Positions 12,355-24,964 of a DNA stretch of 64,000 bases are shown piece by piece. The first letter of the stretch is position 1, and every line of letters begins with the position of its first letter. The position numbers and the translations under genes were made by a program. This DNA is from Callorhinchus milii (Eukaryota), in assembly GCF_018977255.1 (NCBI RefSeq), contig NW_024704743.1, positions 10,666,001-10,730,000 on the forward strand, in the 5' to 3' direction. A model generated the notes under the pieces. The model searched no databases, had not been told where the DNA came from, and saw only the letters and a list, made by a program, of their open reading frames with translations.

Positions 12355-12610
12355 CCCAATGCCCTACTCGTTAGTCTCCCCAGTTCCACCATACACAAAA
12401 TTTAACTAATTCAAAACTCTGCCACCCAGATACTCACACACACAAAACTCTGTACACCTATCACACCAGTCCTTGCCAGGCTACACTGGCTCCCAGTTAC
12501 TGAATGGATCAATTTCAAGATCCTCTCACTTATTTTCAAATCCCTTCATGCCCTCGCAAATCCCTACCAATCTGAACTGCTAAGCCCCCACTCCACCATT
12601 CGCTGTCTGA
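12355..12610 (+). mobile_element. L2 ORF2 fragment
   Basis: IQNSATQILTHTK...ITPVLARLHWLPV...INFKILSLIFKSLH. Confidence 0.85.
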
Positions 12611-13979
12611 ATCTCAAAAGATGTAGAGCATAGAAGAAGACCATTCAACTCATTGTATCTATATTGGTGCTAACTAACCCACTGAAGCTAAATGCTCCAA
12701 TACTATTTCAAGTGTTCTTTCCCAGTATTGAACAAATTCCACATTTACTGTATAATCTTGTGAAATACATTGAGAAGTTTTTATAATCTGGTAAGGCACG
12801 ATATTAAATGTGAGGATTATTATTATTATAATTAAGTAAGAAATAAGTAAGGATTTTTGTCAAAGGCATGGCCGATTATTTGAATGTTTTTGGATTATGT
12901 TTACGTTGCATGATCATAACTCCTTATGAGGAGGAATTATCACAGGAATTATTGGAATATAATCATAGCACATGATGAGCTATGATTATATTCCAGTAAT
13001 TCCTGTGAAGCACTTTGAGAAGTCCTTCTAAATTGAAAGGTGCTACAACAAAAACTTGCATTTATAGAGCGCCCTTCATTTGGGATATTGTCTCGGAATG
13101 TTTAACAGTGGCAGAGCTTAATGCCAAGCCGAGGAGAGACGGGAGGTGCCCGCAGGCACAGTTGATCAAATCAGAGGCTATAAAAAAGTATTATGATAAT
13201 TATATATTATCATAGAATCCTGTTGTCTTGGATTCCAGACAATTTCATACTCCAGCTGAAGGAAGAGACATGATAGAGAAATTATATAATGGTAAAATAA
13301 AAGACAAGGAAGAAACATGCGCACAAGAACACCAAGAATGCATCATGTCACGTTGTCATTCAAAACCAAAAATGAACAGAATGTATCTAAGGTATGTATT
13401 TACCGGCTGAATTGTCTGTCAACAAATTTATCCAGTGTGTTTTTTCACTGAAGGTAATTCCTCCTGGTTACCATGGCACTGGCAAGTTCCAACCATACCT
13501 TGAATTGAAGCCTGAAATAAATAGTAACATTGTGCCTCACACGTTTGAGCCTGCTTTCCCGTAACTTGTGTTATGTGTATATAAAGTACCGAAAGATGAT
13601 AGTGTTCAAATACCTGGGAGTGGGGTTACTTCAAAGATGTTTCAGCTGTTAGATCCAAATGCTCCTCTCATCCAGTAAGGGTTTGATACTCTCCATCTAA
13701 GGCTCACATATTCACAAACCTTAGATGGAGAGACAAGAAGGGTCTAATCAATGTATCAGAACTATATTGCATTCGTTTTCTTGCATAATCCCAGGCACAT
13801 GACAGTAAACATTAAAAGCAGTCTTAAACATTGCTCCATTAGAAACTGGTTGCCTAGAAATGAATAAAAAATCAAGAATGGTTTAATGTTCCATTAACTA
13901 TCAACATGTAAATTTCTTTGCAGTGATCCAGTGATTATGCCTAAATGTAACAAATTAATAAACATTGATCTTCATTTGA

Positions 13980-14605
13980 AATCATAGAATCATAGAATTA
14001 TACAGCACAGAAAGAGGCCATTCAGCCCATCTTGTCTGTGCTGGCTCTTTAGAAAGAGCTAACCAATTCAATCCCACTCAATCCCACAACGTGACCTGAT
14101 GCTAACACCCCCACTGCACCATTTGCTGCCTCTGATCAGCTGTCTCCGGTCTCCTGTTTGTCCCTCGTCCCCTCCAACCACCTTCAGTGGCCGTGCCTTC
14201 AGCCACTGCACCCCAAAGCTCTGGAACTCTCTCGCTCAATCCCTCCCCGTAGCCCTGCAAACTTGTCCTCCCCAAATAATTATCTACTTACCTCTTAAAA
14301 GTTGTAATCGAATCAGCTTCCACCACCCTTTCAGGTAATGCATTCCAGATCTGAACAACTCACTGTGTGAAACAATTTCTCCTCACCTCCCCTCTGTTTC
14401 TTTTAATAACTGTTTTAAATCGGTATCCTCGGGTTACCGACCCACCCGCCAGTGGAAATAATTTCGCCGTTTTCGCTCTATCAAATTCTCTCATAATTTA
14501 AAAATTTCTATTGGGTCTCCTCTTAACCTTCTCTAGCCTCTCCTGATAACTGAAGCCTCTCATTCCTGGTACCATCCTGGTAAATCACCTTTGCACCATC
14601 TTCAA
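13980..14605 (-). mobile_element. CR1 3' fragment with (ATTCTATG)n tail, containing an antisense L2 patch
   Basis: atcatagaatcatagaat tail; antisense FFTQ.VVQIWNALPE; L2 piece at 14085-14245. Confidence 0.9.
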
Positions 14606-14789
14606 TTCAAGTATCAGCAATGTCCACAGACAGTTACTCCACTTCATAATATATCCTGTGAAACACCTTGAGGCCTATTCCTGACATGAAAGGCATTATA
14701 CCAAATGTAACGATATTTTAATATTCTTACGTTTGGATAATAAAGCAAGAGACCTGAGTTTGATTCTCGTCAGGGCGAAATGTTGGGCA

Positions 14790-15000
14790 ATGTCTCCCAG
14801 CCATTCCCTTCACTTTTCAAATAATGCCATGGGATCTTTAACATCTAGATGGGCAGATGGCAAATGGGACCACAGTTTCATGTCTCATCCAAAGGAGGCC
14901 CCAGCATATACTCTATGTGTTCCAAATCCCAATGTAAAGCTTGAACCTACAATCTTCTGACCCAGTAATGAAAATGCTACCAATTAAGCCAGGTTGATGC
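14790..15000 (-). mobile_element. DeuSINE fragment
   Basis: tgccatgggatctttaacatc...tgtctcatccaaagga...cttgaacctacaatcttctgac. Confidence 0.8.
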
Positions 15001-15499
15001 AGGCTGAAGCTCTTTGAGACCTTTTATTATGAAAAGGTGTATATCCTTTTTTATTTTCATTTTATTGTTTGTGAAATGCACTTTTCTGGTTAGGAATGAT
15101 TACTAGCTCTGAAATTTCTGCTTAGGATATCTTGTACTAATGATCAATTTGCCTTGCTCATACTGTCGGAGGCAGTGAGGCAATAATTTGAGGCATAAAG
15201 CCTTATATGTATTTTCTGTTCTCAGTCACATTCACTGGGGGATGAGGAGAGTTCTGCACATAGAATCGTAGAAATCACAGCACAAAAGGAGGCCATTTAA
15301 CCCATCAAACCTATTCTAATGCTAGCTCATTCTTGGAATCTGCAGACGTGACCAGCAATTCCCCAGATAAAATTGTTCATTAATTTAATGAGTGTTTGTG
15401 AGTCATTGCTGTGTTAAATTCGCTGCTGTATTCATCAACAAATACAGTCGCTAAACTTTATTGTAAATGCTGTGAAGCATTGTGAGACATTTAGATGAT

Positions 15500-16366
15500 G
15501 TTGTAAAGTGCAACAGATTACAAGATATTAATAAACTTGCTGAATGGGAAGTTATTTGGCAAATTAATTTCAATATAGATAAGTGTGAGGTGGTATATTT
15601 TGGTTGGAGGAATAAGGAGGTCACATGCTGCCTGAAAAATAAGAATCTAAATGGAGTAGAAGAGCCAAGGGATCTAGGGGTACAGATACACATATCACTA
15701 AAAGTAGTGACGAAGGTTAATAAGGCCATAAAAAAGCAAACTAATTTCCAGAGGGATAGAAATGAAAAGCAGGGATGTTATGCTAAACTTATATCAAACC
15801 TTGGTTAGACCACACTCGGAGTACTGTGTACAGTTCTGGTCCCAATATTATATAAAGGATATAGAGGCACTGGAGAAGGTGCAAAGGAGATTTACATGGA
15901 TGATACCAGAACTGCAAAGGTTATACCTATCAGGAAAGACTGAACAAGCTTGGACTCTTTTCTCTTGAAAGAGAAGTCTTTAGGAGGTCTGATAGAAGTC
16001 TTTAAAACTTTGAAAGATTTTGATAGCGTAGACATAGAGTTTCCACTTGTCGGGGAGACCAAAACCAAGGACCATAAATATAAAATAGTCACCAATAAAT
16101 CAAATAGGGAAGTCAGAAGAAATTTCTTTAACCAGAGAGTGGTGAGAATGTGGAACTTGCTACCACAAGGAGTAGTTGAGGCGAATAGCATAGATGCATT
16201 TAAGGGGGAGCTAGATAAGTACATGAGATAGAAAGGAATAGAAGGTTATTCTGATTGGCTTAGTCGAGGAAGGGCAGGTGGAGGCTCATGTGGAGCATTA
16301 TCGCCAGCATGGACAAGTTGGGCCAAATGGCCTGTCTCTGTGCTGTATATTCTATGTAATTCTATG
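15500..16366 (+). mobile_element. CR1 LINE, 5'-truncated (RT C-terminus and 3' UTR), frameshifted
   Basis: WQINFNIDKCEV, EEPRDLGVQI, LVRPHSEYCVQFW, FFNQRVVRMWNLLP; tail attctatgtaattctatg. Confidence 0.95.
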
Positions 16367-16639
16367 GATCAAAGTGGTAGGTTTTAAGGCTGGAGTTGAA
16401 GGCAGATAAAGAGGGGGGAGATATAGAGAAGTTTCCATTCTAAGAATTGTGGTACTTCTTATCTCCTTCTTCAGTAAGGAATGCTGATAAAATTCCCATT
16501 TGCACTCTGGAATTTCACATGGGAATTAAACTGCATTGTAGCTGAGTTCCCAGAGAACCGTATGGTATAGTTGTAATCGTCTAAAACATTTCCTACTTAT
16601 AATAATAAGTAGGGAATGCTTCAGGCATAAATGCAAGTG

Positions 16640-17150
16640 GCCATTGGAGAGGGTGCAAAGGAGGTTTACCAGGATGGTACCAGGAATGAAGGACCGTAGT
16701 TATGAGGAGAGGTTAGCGGAAGCAGGATTATCCTCCCTAGAGCAGAGAAGATTAAGAGGGGATTTAATAGAGGTTTTCAAGATCATGAGAGGGTTTGATA
16801 GGTTGAACTGGGAAAATCTGTTTCCACTGGCATGTGGGTCAGTAACCCGAGGACACCGATTTAAGATAGTTGTTAAAAGAAACAGAGGGGAGGTTAGGAA
16901 AATAATTTTCACCCAGCGAGTTGTTCAGATCTGGAATGCATTACCTGAAAGGGAGTGGAAGCTGATTCAATAACAACTTTTAAGAGAGAAGTAGATGGGT
17001 ATTTGGGGAGGACAGTATTACAGGGCTATGGGGAGAAAGGGGGCCATTGGAATTGAGTTGAATTGCTCTTTTCAGAGCTGGCGCAGACACGATGGGTTGA
17101 ATGGTCTCTTTCTGTGCTGTATGATTCTATGGTTCTATGATTCTATGAAT
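16640..17150 (+). mobile_element. CR1 LINE 3' end
   Basis: LERVQRRFTRMVPGM..SYEERL..SLEQRRLRGDLIEVFKIM; (attctatg)n tail. Confidence 0.95.
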
Positions 17151-17963
17151 TTGCACACAGCAACGTCATACAAAACAGCCATAATGTTAATGTTAAACTT
17201 TATCTGGAAGATGCCCAGACTGCCTTCTCTTTCTGAACAGTGCCATGCGATCTTTAACGTCCACTAAATCAGTTTAACGTCTCATCCGAAGAATGCCTCA
17301 GTTTAGTTTCCTTGTTAAGAAATCCTGTTAAGGAATACTGTGAATTGGCCCAATATTAATGGTATGTCTAGCTAAGCATTGCATTTGTTTTTGTGGTGAA
17401 CATACATTGCAGCATGTAGTTACATCCACATTATTGTTTTTCAAGTTTGCCCAGCAGACAAGGAATGCAGAGAATGACATAATGACATATTTCCAATTCT
17501 GAAACTGTTTCCAAAATAGTTAGAAAAGTCAAAAGCTCCACCAGCTGAAATAAAGGCTATATCTAAATGTAAAAGTCTATTTTCTTATTTATTTGCTTAT
17601 TTATTTATCAGATTTACTATCTGCTCAGAATTGTTGACATATTTGGATTCATGAGCAAGCTGTCAAAAATTCAATGAAAGGACTTTTGACACTGAGCCTA
17701 AGTCTGGAATGGGCAATGACTGGCTTCCATTTGACCTTTGACATTTAACTCCATTCTTCTGTTAATATAGGACTTGTATCACACATTGATATTCATAATT
17801 TAGGAGCCTATGTTTATAAACATGGAGAAAGGATAAAATCTGCTATCAAGCAACATTTAAATGTCTTGAGTTTACTTTCTCCTCTGTCTTCAAAAAACCT
17901 CCAAAAAGCACATTTCCTTGATTGTGTCTTTGGTCAACACTTTTATATCTCTTACATTCCTGC

Positions 17964-18295
17964 GTGGAGTCCTATAGCTCAGTGGTTAGAGCACTCGCCT
18001 CACAAGTGAGAGACCTGGGTTTGATTCCCGGCAGGGTGACATGTTGGGTAAGTTTTCTTATTCCACACCCTTCTGTTTACCTAGCAATAAGTCGGAACCT
18101 GATTGTTAATCAATTGGTGCATCGCTTTTTGGGGTTATAATAATTCCTTCCAAAAAATAAATAATAATAATAATTTTGTCACTCAATCCATGACTGTTTG
18201 TGGGACACTGCTGTGCACAATTGGTTGCCACGTTTTGCACACAAAATATACAGTCAATTCACTTTGCAATATATTCTGTTAAACACTTTTTGAAG
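17964..18295 (+). mobile_element. tRNA-Ala/CORE-like SINE
   Basis: gtggagtcctatagctcagtggttagagcactcgcctcacaagtgagagacctgggtttgattccc plus body and partial tail. Confidence 0.92.
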
Positions 18296-18949
18296 ACAGA
18301 GGAGAAAGCAAACTGAAATGTTTTTGGAATTGAGTTCCGGAGAAACACAATCATCCTGACAGGAACAATAGGTCTTTTACTCAGTCATAAATCTCATACA
18401 AGCACATAAATGTCCAGGGAGAAAAAANTATAAGTACTTTGAATAGTTCTTTGTGCGTGCTAAGTGTCTGCAGGCACATTGATGACCCTGAATCTATTTA
18501 TGTTCAGCTGTAAATTCCTGTTAAGTCAACACTTTTTTAACATCACATATTGAATCACCTTTGTTTCCTACATGTGTAATTATACAATCCCAGTCTCTTC
18601 AGTCTGCATGCTTGTCTCCTCCATATTAATGTACAATGTGCTAAAAATTTAACAAGGACAACATGTTATATTCTGTGAAATATTTAATTGTAGCTTTGCA
18701 GCACACCAGCGATTAATAGACTCCCAGAATAGAATAGAAATGAAACATGATGTCCTACTTAGTGAGTGCACGTGTCTGTCAAATGATTAGATAAATTGAC
18801 TGGGATTAATTGTTTTGAGCAAGTTTGGTTTATAGCTTTGCAATAATATAATGGCTGAAGTAGCTTTGGACTAACATCGTGCTGTATTGTATGCAAATAC
18901 ATGATTCGGTTTCCTCATCCCCACCCCCATCTCTCTCAGCCTGTAGCAT

Positions 18950-19390
18950 CTCTCTGGAAGAGCTATCTGTTGAGACCCACTCCCCTGCCTTTTCCCCATA
19001 CCCTTTTAATGTTATTTCTCCTTTTCAAATATTTGTCTAATTCTCTTTTAAGAGTTATTATGGTTTCTGTTTCAACCACTATCAGGGCTTCTATAATAGA
19101 ATACAAAATATACAGTCAATCCACTTTACAGTATATCCTGTGAAGCACTTTGAGATGTCTCAATGAACTGATGAGATGATGTTTCAAAGGATGTTTCAAG
19201 GATTATTATTATTATAAGCAGTCCAATAACCATCTGCGTCTGTGTAAAAAAAAATTCTAACCACGACCTTTTGGTAATGGTCTTAAATTTAGTACTTACC
19301 AACTCAATGAGAAGTGGAAATAGTTTCTCCATGTTTACTTTCTCAAAACTCATCATCATTACTGTGCCCATTTGATCTCAACCTTCCAGA
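18950..19390 (-). mobile_element. Old CR1 3' fragment split by a SINE tail (19095-19215, plus strand)
   Basis: Antisense FEKVNMEKLFPL..FFFTQ; CR1 3' UTR cccactcccctgccttttccccata. Confidence 0.7.
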
Positions 19391-19987
19391 ATACTGTACT
19401 AACTAACTGTACTGTACTATCCTCTGTGATTTTTTAATTGTGTTGATAATAAAATTGGCTTCACTACTTTTTTAAAGAGAAAAAAAGCTGGTCAGAGAAA
19501 TACCAGAAAGGCATGCATCACTTTGCCATGAACATTTCATATGGAAGTGATCAGACCCTGGAGTTTACTTTGTGATGTCTCTTCATGGGATTCTTTATCA
19601 GCGAATGCTGTTAGAATATCAATCAACCAGAAGTACGGTAGTTTGTGATAGAGTAGAGTTCTCTTGGGTGGGTGGGTGTAGCTACAAATTTCCATTTGGA
19701 TAATTCAGATACCTCATTAAGAATTCCCATTAAGAAATATCTCAAATTAGACCCAATGAGGCCAATTTAAGTAAAGTTTCCTCTGCCTACCACCCCCCAT
19801 CCCACTCTGCATCTCTCCCATTGCCAGTCAAGCTGAGATCAGCCAACTCACCATAGACTGGGAACTTGGGAAGAAATTCCATCCAGATCTCATCTTAAAC
19901 TTCTTTTTGGTGCTTGTAAATTTTGGAAAATTTCTTAAATCTATTGTTGATTTTGAATTTTTTTTTGTCAATTCTTAAGCAAGGTCG

Positions 19988-21435
19988 TCATAGAATCATA
20001 GAATTGTACAGCACAAAAAGAGGCCATTCAGCCAATCGAGTCTGTGCCGGCTCTTTGAATAGAGCAGTTAATGTCAATCCCACTTCCCAGCCCTTTCCCC
20101 ATAACCCTGCAAACCCGTCCTACTCAAATACCCATCCACCGCGTTTTTAAAAGTTGTTATCGAATCGGCCTCCACCACCCTTTCAGGCAATGCGTTCCAG
20201 ATTCGAACATCTCGCTGCGTGAAAAAATTTCTTCTCACCTCCACTCTGCTTCTTTTAGAATTTTGAATTTGTGACCTCAAGTACCGACACACCCACCAGT
20301 GGAAACAGTTTTTCCCTTTCCAACCTATCAAATCCCCTCATGATTTTGAAGACCTCTATTAGGTCTCCTCGTACCTTTCCTCATAATCACGGTCCCTCAT
20401 TTCTGGTACCATCCAGTATTCTAACTGAGGCCTAACCAGTGTTTTATATAGGTTAATCATAACCTCCTGACTATTGTACTCTATGCCCCTATTTATAAAG
20501 CCTAGAATCCCATTTGCCCTTTTTACAGCCTTATCTACCTGTCCTGCCACCTTCAAGGATTCATTTATCTGTACCCCCAGGTCTCTCTGTTCTTTTACCC
20601 CTCTTAAGATTGTATTACCTAGCCTGTATTGCCTCCCCTCATTCTTTCTACCAAAATGCATTACTTCGCATTTCTCTAGATTGAAATTCATCTGCTATGT
20701 GTCTGCCCATTTTACCATTCTGTCTATGTCTTCCTGCCGTTGGCTGGTATCCTTCTCTCTGTTTATCACCCTACCTAATTATGTGTTGTCCGCAAACTTG
20801 GAAATGGTGCTTGCTATACTCAAGTCCAGATCATTTATGTATATTAAGAAGAGCAGTGGTCCTAATACCGATCCCTGGGGGACGCCACTGTACACTTCCC
20901 TCCAGTCAGAAAAGCAGGCGTTCTCCACCAATCCCTGCTTTCTGTCTCCCAGTCAGTTCTGGATCCATGCTGCTACTGTTCCTTTTATACCATGGGCTTC
21001 TATCTTTCTTACAAGTCTTTCATGTGGCACTTTATCAAATGCCTTTTGAAAGTCCATGTAAACTACATCAACTGCACTACCTTTATCCACCCTATCCGTT
21101 ACCTCATCGAAAAATTCTATTAGATTTGTTAGATAAAATTTGCCTTGAACAAATCTGTGGTGGCTGTCCCTAATTAACCCACATTCTCCTAAATGAAGAT
21201 TATTCTGTCGCGGATTATAGTCTCCAGCGGTTTTCCCACTACTGTAGGTCCCAGGTTTGTCCTTCTGTCCCTTTTTGTACAGGGAGTCACATTGACCACT
21301 CTCCAGTCCTCTGGCACCACTCCTATGTCCAACGAAGATTGAAAAATTGTAGCCAAAGCCTACGTTATTTGTACCCGTGCCTCCCATAGTAACCTTGGTT
21401 GCATTCCGTCCGGACCGGACGACTTTTCTACCTTG
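19988..21435 (-). mobile_element. CR1 LINE, 5'-truncated, RT domain with stops and deletions
   Basis: [56 protein letters not shown]; catagaat tail. Confidence 0.96.
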
Positions 21436-22706
21436 TGAAACCTTTTTTGTTAGATGAAAACCCCATCCTTAAAATCAAAAGTAAATGTAAGAATTTCTAA
21501 AATTTTCAAGCTCTAAATAACGAAGAAAAAAAGTTTAAGTTGGAATTTCTTCCTCCTGGAGCAGTTCTGATCTCAACACCACACCAGGTGTCCATTGAGC
21601 CAACAAGAAAGCCAACACAATTTTCTCTCTCTGGGGTCCAATGTGTGCCATTTGCTAATGCTAGCCAACATTATGTTCCACACTTAAATTATCATTAGGA
21701 AATGGAATGAATGGCATGAGAATTGGCTTACGTGGACAGTTTTCAGAGAGGCTGAATGGCCAATTGTGTTGTGAAAGCTTAAGATTCTCGGACTCTATGT
21801 GCAATATAATTTGTATTTATATAGTGCTTTCCACATAAGGAATACATATCAAAGCTCTTTGCATATTATGTAATTATATGGAATAATAAATTGCCATTAC
21901 AAGCAAGCAGCAAATGCTTGTGATAAATATTTTTTTTAAAAGTTGCATTTGATATAGGACATTTCAAAGCACTTCACGTCATTCACTGTAAAGTGTGGTA
22001 ACTGTATTTCGTCGGCAAATGCAGCAACCAATTTGCTTACACCAAATGTCTCACAAACAGGTATAAAGTGAATGATCAATTTTACCTGGGGGACTGTCGA
22101 CCAGGATTGACAGGTAACACGGTCTGCTCAACCACTGAAAAGGGAAGAATATATAGAAGCATTACACCACCCACATTTAATACTAATAGCTATAACTACA
22201 TTTTTAAGAGAAGAATGCAAACGTGTTTCATAATGCACAGAATGTGTGTTGTCTGTTTTAGCTCTCAATAAAATCATTTAGGTGGAGCAAATTATGTGAC
22301 CAAAATAAGCCTTAATTTGTCAGTCCTCAGTCAAAACAAACTGTGACAATTGTCAGCGCTTGTTATCAGTGAGTAGGAAGTTAGCCATTGGTTTGAGAAA
22401 TAGATCAACTCTACTCCCTAGCAACCAGAGCTCTGTTTGTACAAGGCGCTGGAACACTTAATGGGAGCTCTTCATGTGATACGTGTTAACATTCCATTGA
22501 GCAATCTCCATTGAGTAGGTTTGCTGCAACTAATTATTGATAATATAATAGGTCACAATAAGTGCACATGAACTTAAGAAATGATCCAGTCTTAGGCTTC
22601 AAAAATACTTTAACCCTTACTTACCTGAATGTAAGATTTGTTTCCAGCCTTCCATGGTTAAGTCTTTAGAAGATAAGCACTTCTATTCTTAGATCATATC
22701 TGGCTG

Positions 22707-22890
22707 ACAACAACAACAACAACAACAACAACAAGATTCCATTTATAAAGCGCCTTTCACGTCAGGAGGACGTCCCAAGGCGCTGTACAGTTGGGTCATG
22801 ACCCGAGCAGGGGGGAAATGGTCAGGGTGAGGGGAGGGAAGGGAGGGAGCGAGGAGGGGGAAGAGAGTCGAGAGGGGAGCTGAAGGCACT
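22707..22890 (-). mobile_element. Young L2 3' end with ~9 TTG tail units
   Basis: Nearly identical to 55060-55210 and 39725-39910. Confidence 0.93.
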
Positions 22891-23354
22891 GACCTCTTGA
22901 TCAGTGATACCATTTTGATTAGCATGTCCTGCTCTCCATTATACTGAGGTTTCCATAAAATTAGTCCAGCAAAGAAATACACAATCACTACACTTTACAA
23001 TTAATCCTGTGAAGTGAATTATTATAACACATTATTATTATAAGCGGGATATTTCTTTTCTCCCCTTTTTTTCACTCTTCCAGATTCCTCAAGATCTTTC
23101 TCAGCTAGTATAAATACCTTGAGAATAGCCTTCTTAAGCATTTTTTAAGAAAAAAGATTTTTAAGAAATCTTACGAGCAAAATATCTAGATCTTTACAAT
23201 ACAATTTACATTTATTTGGGGTTTTGCATATCAGGAGGACATCTCAAAATGCATTCTCAAAGCTGGGTGGGCATTAGAACTGGGGCTAGGAGCTGGAGAT
23301 GGAGGGGTGGAGAGGGGAAAGATGAATGAAAATGCAATCAAAGTAGTACGTTTT

Positions 23355-23850
23355 CTCTCCATGTCCTCTCCCACACCAGGCTCTGTGACCCTATCACCCC
23401 CATCCTCACCCGACTCCATTGGCTTCCCATCACACAGTACAGGATACAGTTCAAGATCCTGGTCCTCACTTTCAAAGCCCTCCATGGTCTTGCTCCCCCC
23501 TACTTCTGCGAACTCCTAACTACCTACTATCCTGTTCACTCCCTCCGCTCTGCGGGCTCCGGCCTGCTTCACGTCCCCCGCCTCACTCATGCCACTATTG
23601 GTGGGCGGGCCTTCTGCCACTCTGCCCCCACCTTCAGGAACTCCATCCCGCAATCCCTCCAGCTCACCCCCTTCCTCGTCTCCTTCAAGACCCATCTCAA
23701 GACTCTCCTCTTCGACCGTGCTTTCAGTTACCCTGCTTCCTCACCTGATCCCGACCTCCAGCTCGGGTTCAAAACTCTGATTATCCAGCACCTTGGGACG
23801 TCCTCCCGACATGAAAGGCACTATAAAAAATTATTTTTGTTGTTGTTTTG
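23355..23850 (+). mobile_element. L2 LINE 3' portion
   Basis: ITPILTRLHWLP, IQFKILVLTFKALHGLAPPY, FKTHLKTLLF; stem-loop tail. Confidence 0.93.
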
Positions 23851-24439
23851 AGATGTATCTTGTCTTGCATGAGGGGAGGGAGAGAGCAAACATATGTATT
23901 TGTAATTTATTCTAGAGCTATTTTCTCCATCTTGTTAATACCAGGGACAAGCTCTTCTTAATATGTCACAAACCATTAGCAAATCAGTCTGATAGTTCAC
24001 TGAACCTAATAAGATCTCTGGTGAAGACCAGCCAAAAGGGTATCATAAACCGGGGTTAGTGCTCAGACTGGCCAACCTACAATATGACATGCTGCTCCTG
24101 TTAGATCTAGCAGAGTGTCAATGCCAGCAAATTTAACTTGTCCTTTAGTGTGTTGAATTTGTCATCTGCAGCAGTGGTGGTGAACCTTGTTGGTCGACCA
24201 ACAAAACAAACTTCCTGGATTGAATTTTTCCTGAATTATGCCATAAATCAAGAAACAAATGGAAACAGAACATTGAACATTGATATAAAACAGACTCACC
24301 TAGACTAGTGGAGATATTCAGGTGGTCACTTCCGGCCCATGGGCAGGCTGCCAGTGATCTATAGATTTACTGAAAATAAATTCCCTACTGCTACAGAAAT
24401 ATTCTTCCAATTTGTAATCAAATTCGATGCCCAAGCTTA

Positions 24440-24960
24440 GCCACAAGAGAGGTTCGGATGAAGAAAACTCTCTGGCCTATTTGATCTCAGGATGCTGGAC
24501 TCATTTTAAAAATGTTTGATGTACTATACAAGTGTAATTTGTTGTTTGTTGTTGATGCTGTGATGGCAGAGTGGTAGGGTGTTCAGGTAGGATGTGGAGT
24601 CCTGTAGCTCAGTGGTTAGAGCACTCGCTTTGCAAGTGAGAGACCTGAGTTCAATTCCAGGCAGAGGGCGAAACCTTGGGCAAGTTTCCTTATTCCACAC
24701 ACCTAATAATAATCCCTCCAAAACCAAAACCAATAATAAATTGGTCATTTTCAATCCATGACTGTTTGTGGGACATTGCTGTGCGCAATTTGCTGCCGCG
24801 TTCGCCCACAAATATACAGTCAATTCACTTTACAGTATATTCTGTGAAGCGCTTTGGGACGTCTAGAAGATGTGAAAAGCGCTATATCAAATGCAAGGAT
24901 TATTATTATTATTATCAAATGGGCCAAAGGGCCCTCTTCATCTGAACCTCTTGTGATCTT
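24440..24960. mobile_element. Two oppositely oriented CR1 (TTGTGATC-type) 3' ends; the plus-strand copy carries a nested L2 mini-tail and a SINE
   Basis: 24440-24485 is antisense to 24914-24960; L2 tail flanked by a ttgatg duplication. Confidence 0.65.
24594..24915 (+). mobile_element. Young short-subfamily tRNA-Ala SINE, full length
   Basis: Intact A-box (tagctcagtgg), anticodon arm ctcgc-ttTGCaa-gtgag, B-box gagttcaattcc, L2-type stem-loop and (tat)n; near-identical to 54645-54963. Confidence 0.95.
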
Positions 24961-24964
24961 ATCT

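Noticed and set aside
18428..18428. Single ambiguous base n
   Set aside because: Assembly artefact after a poly-A run
24594..24665. tRNA-Ala gene
   Set aside because: No proper acceptor stem or Pol III terminator; it continues into SINE body and tail and recurs in many decayed copies
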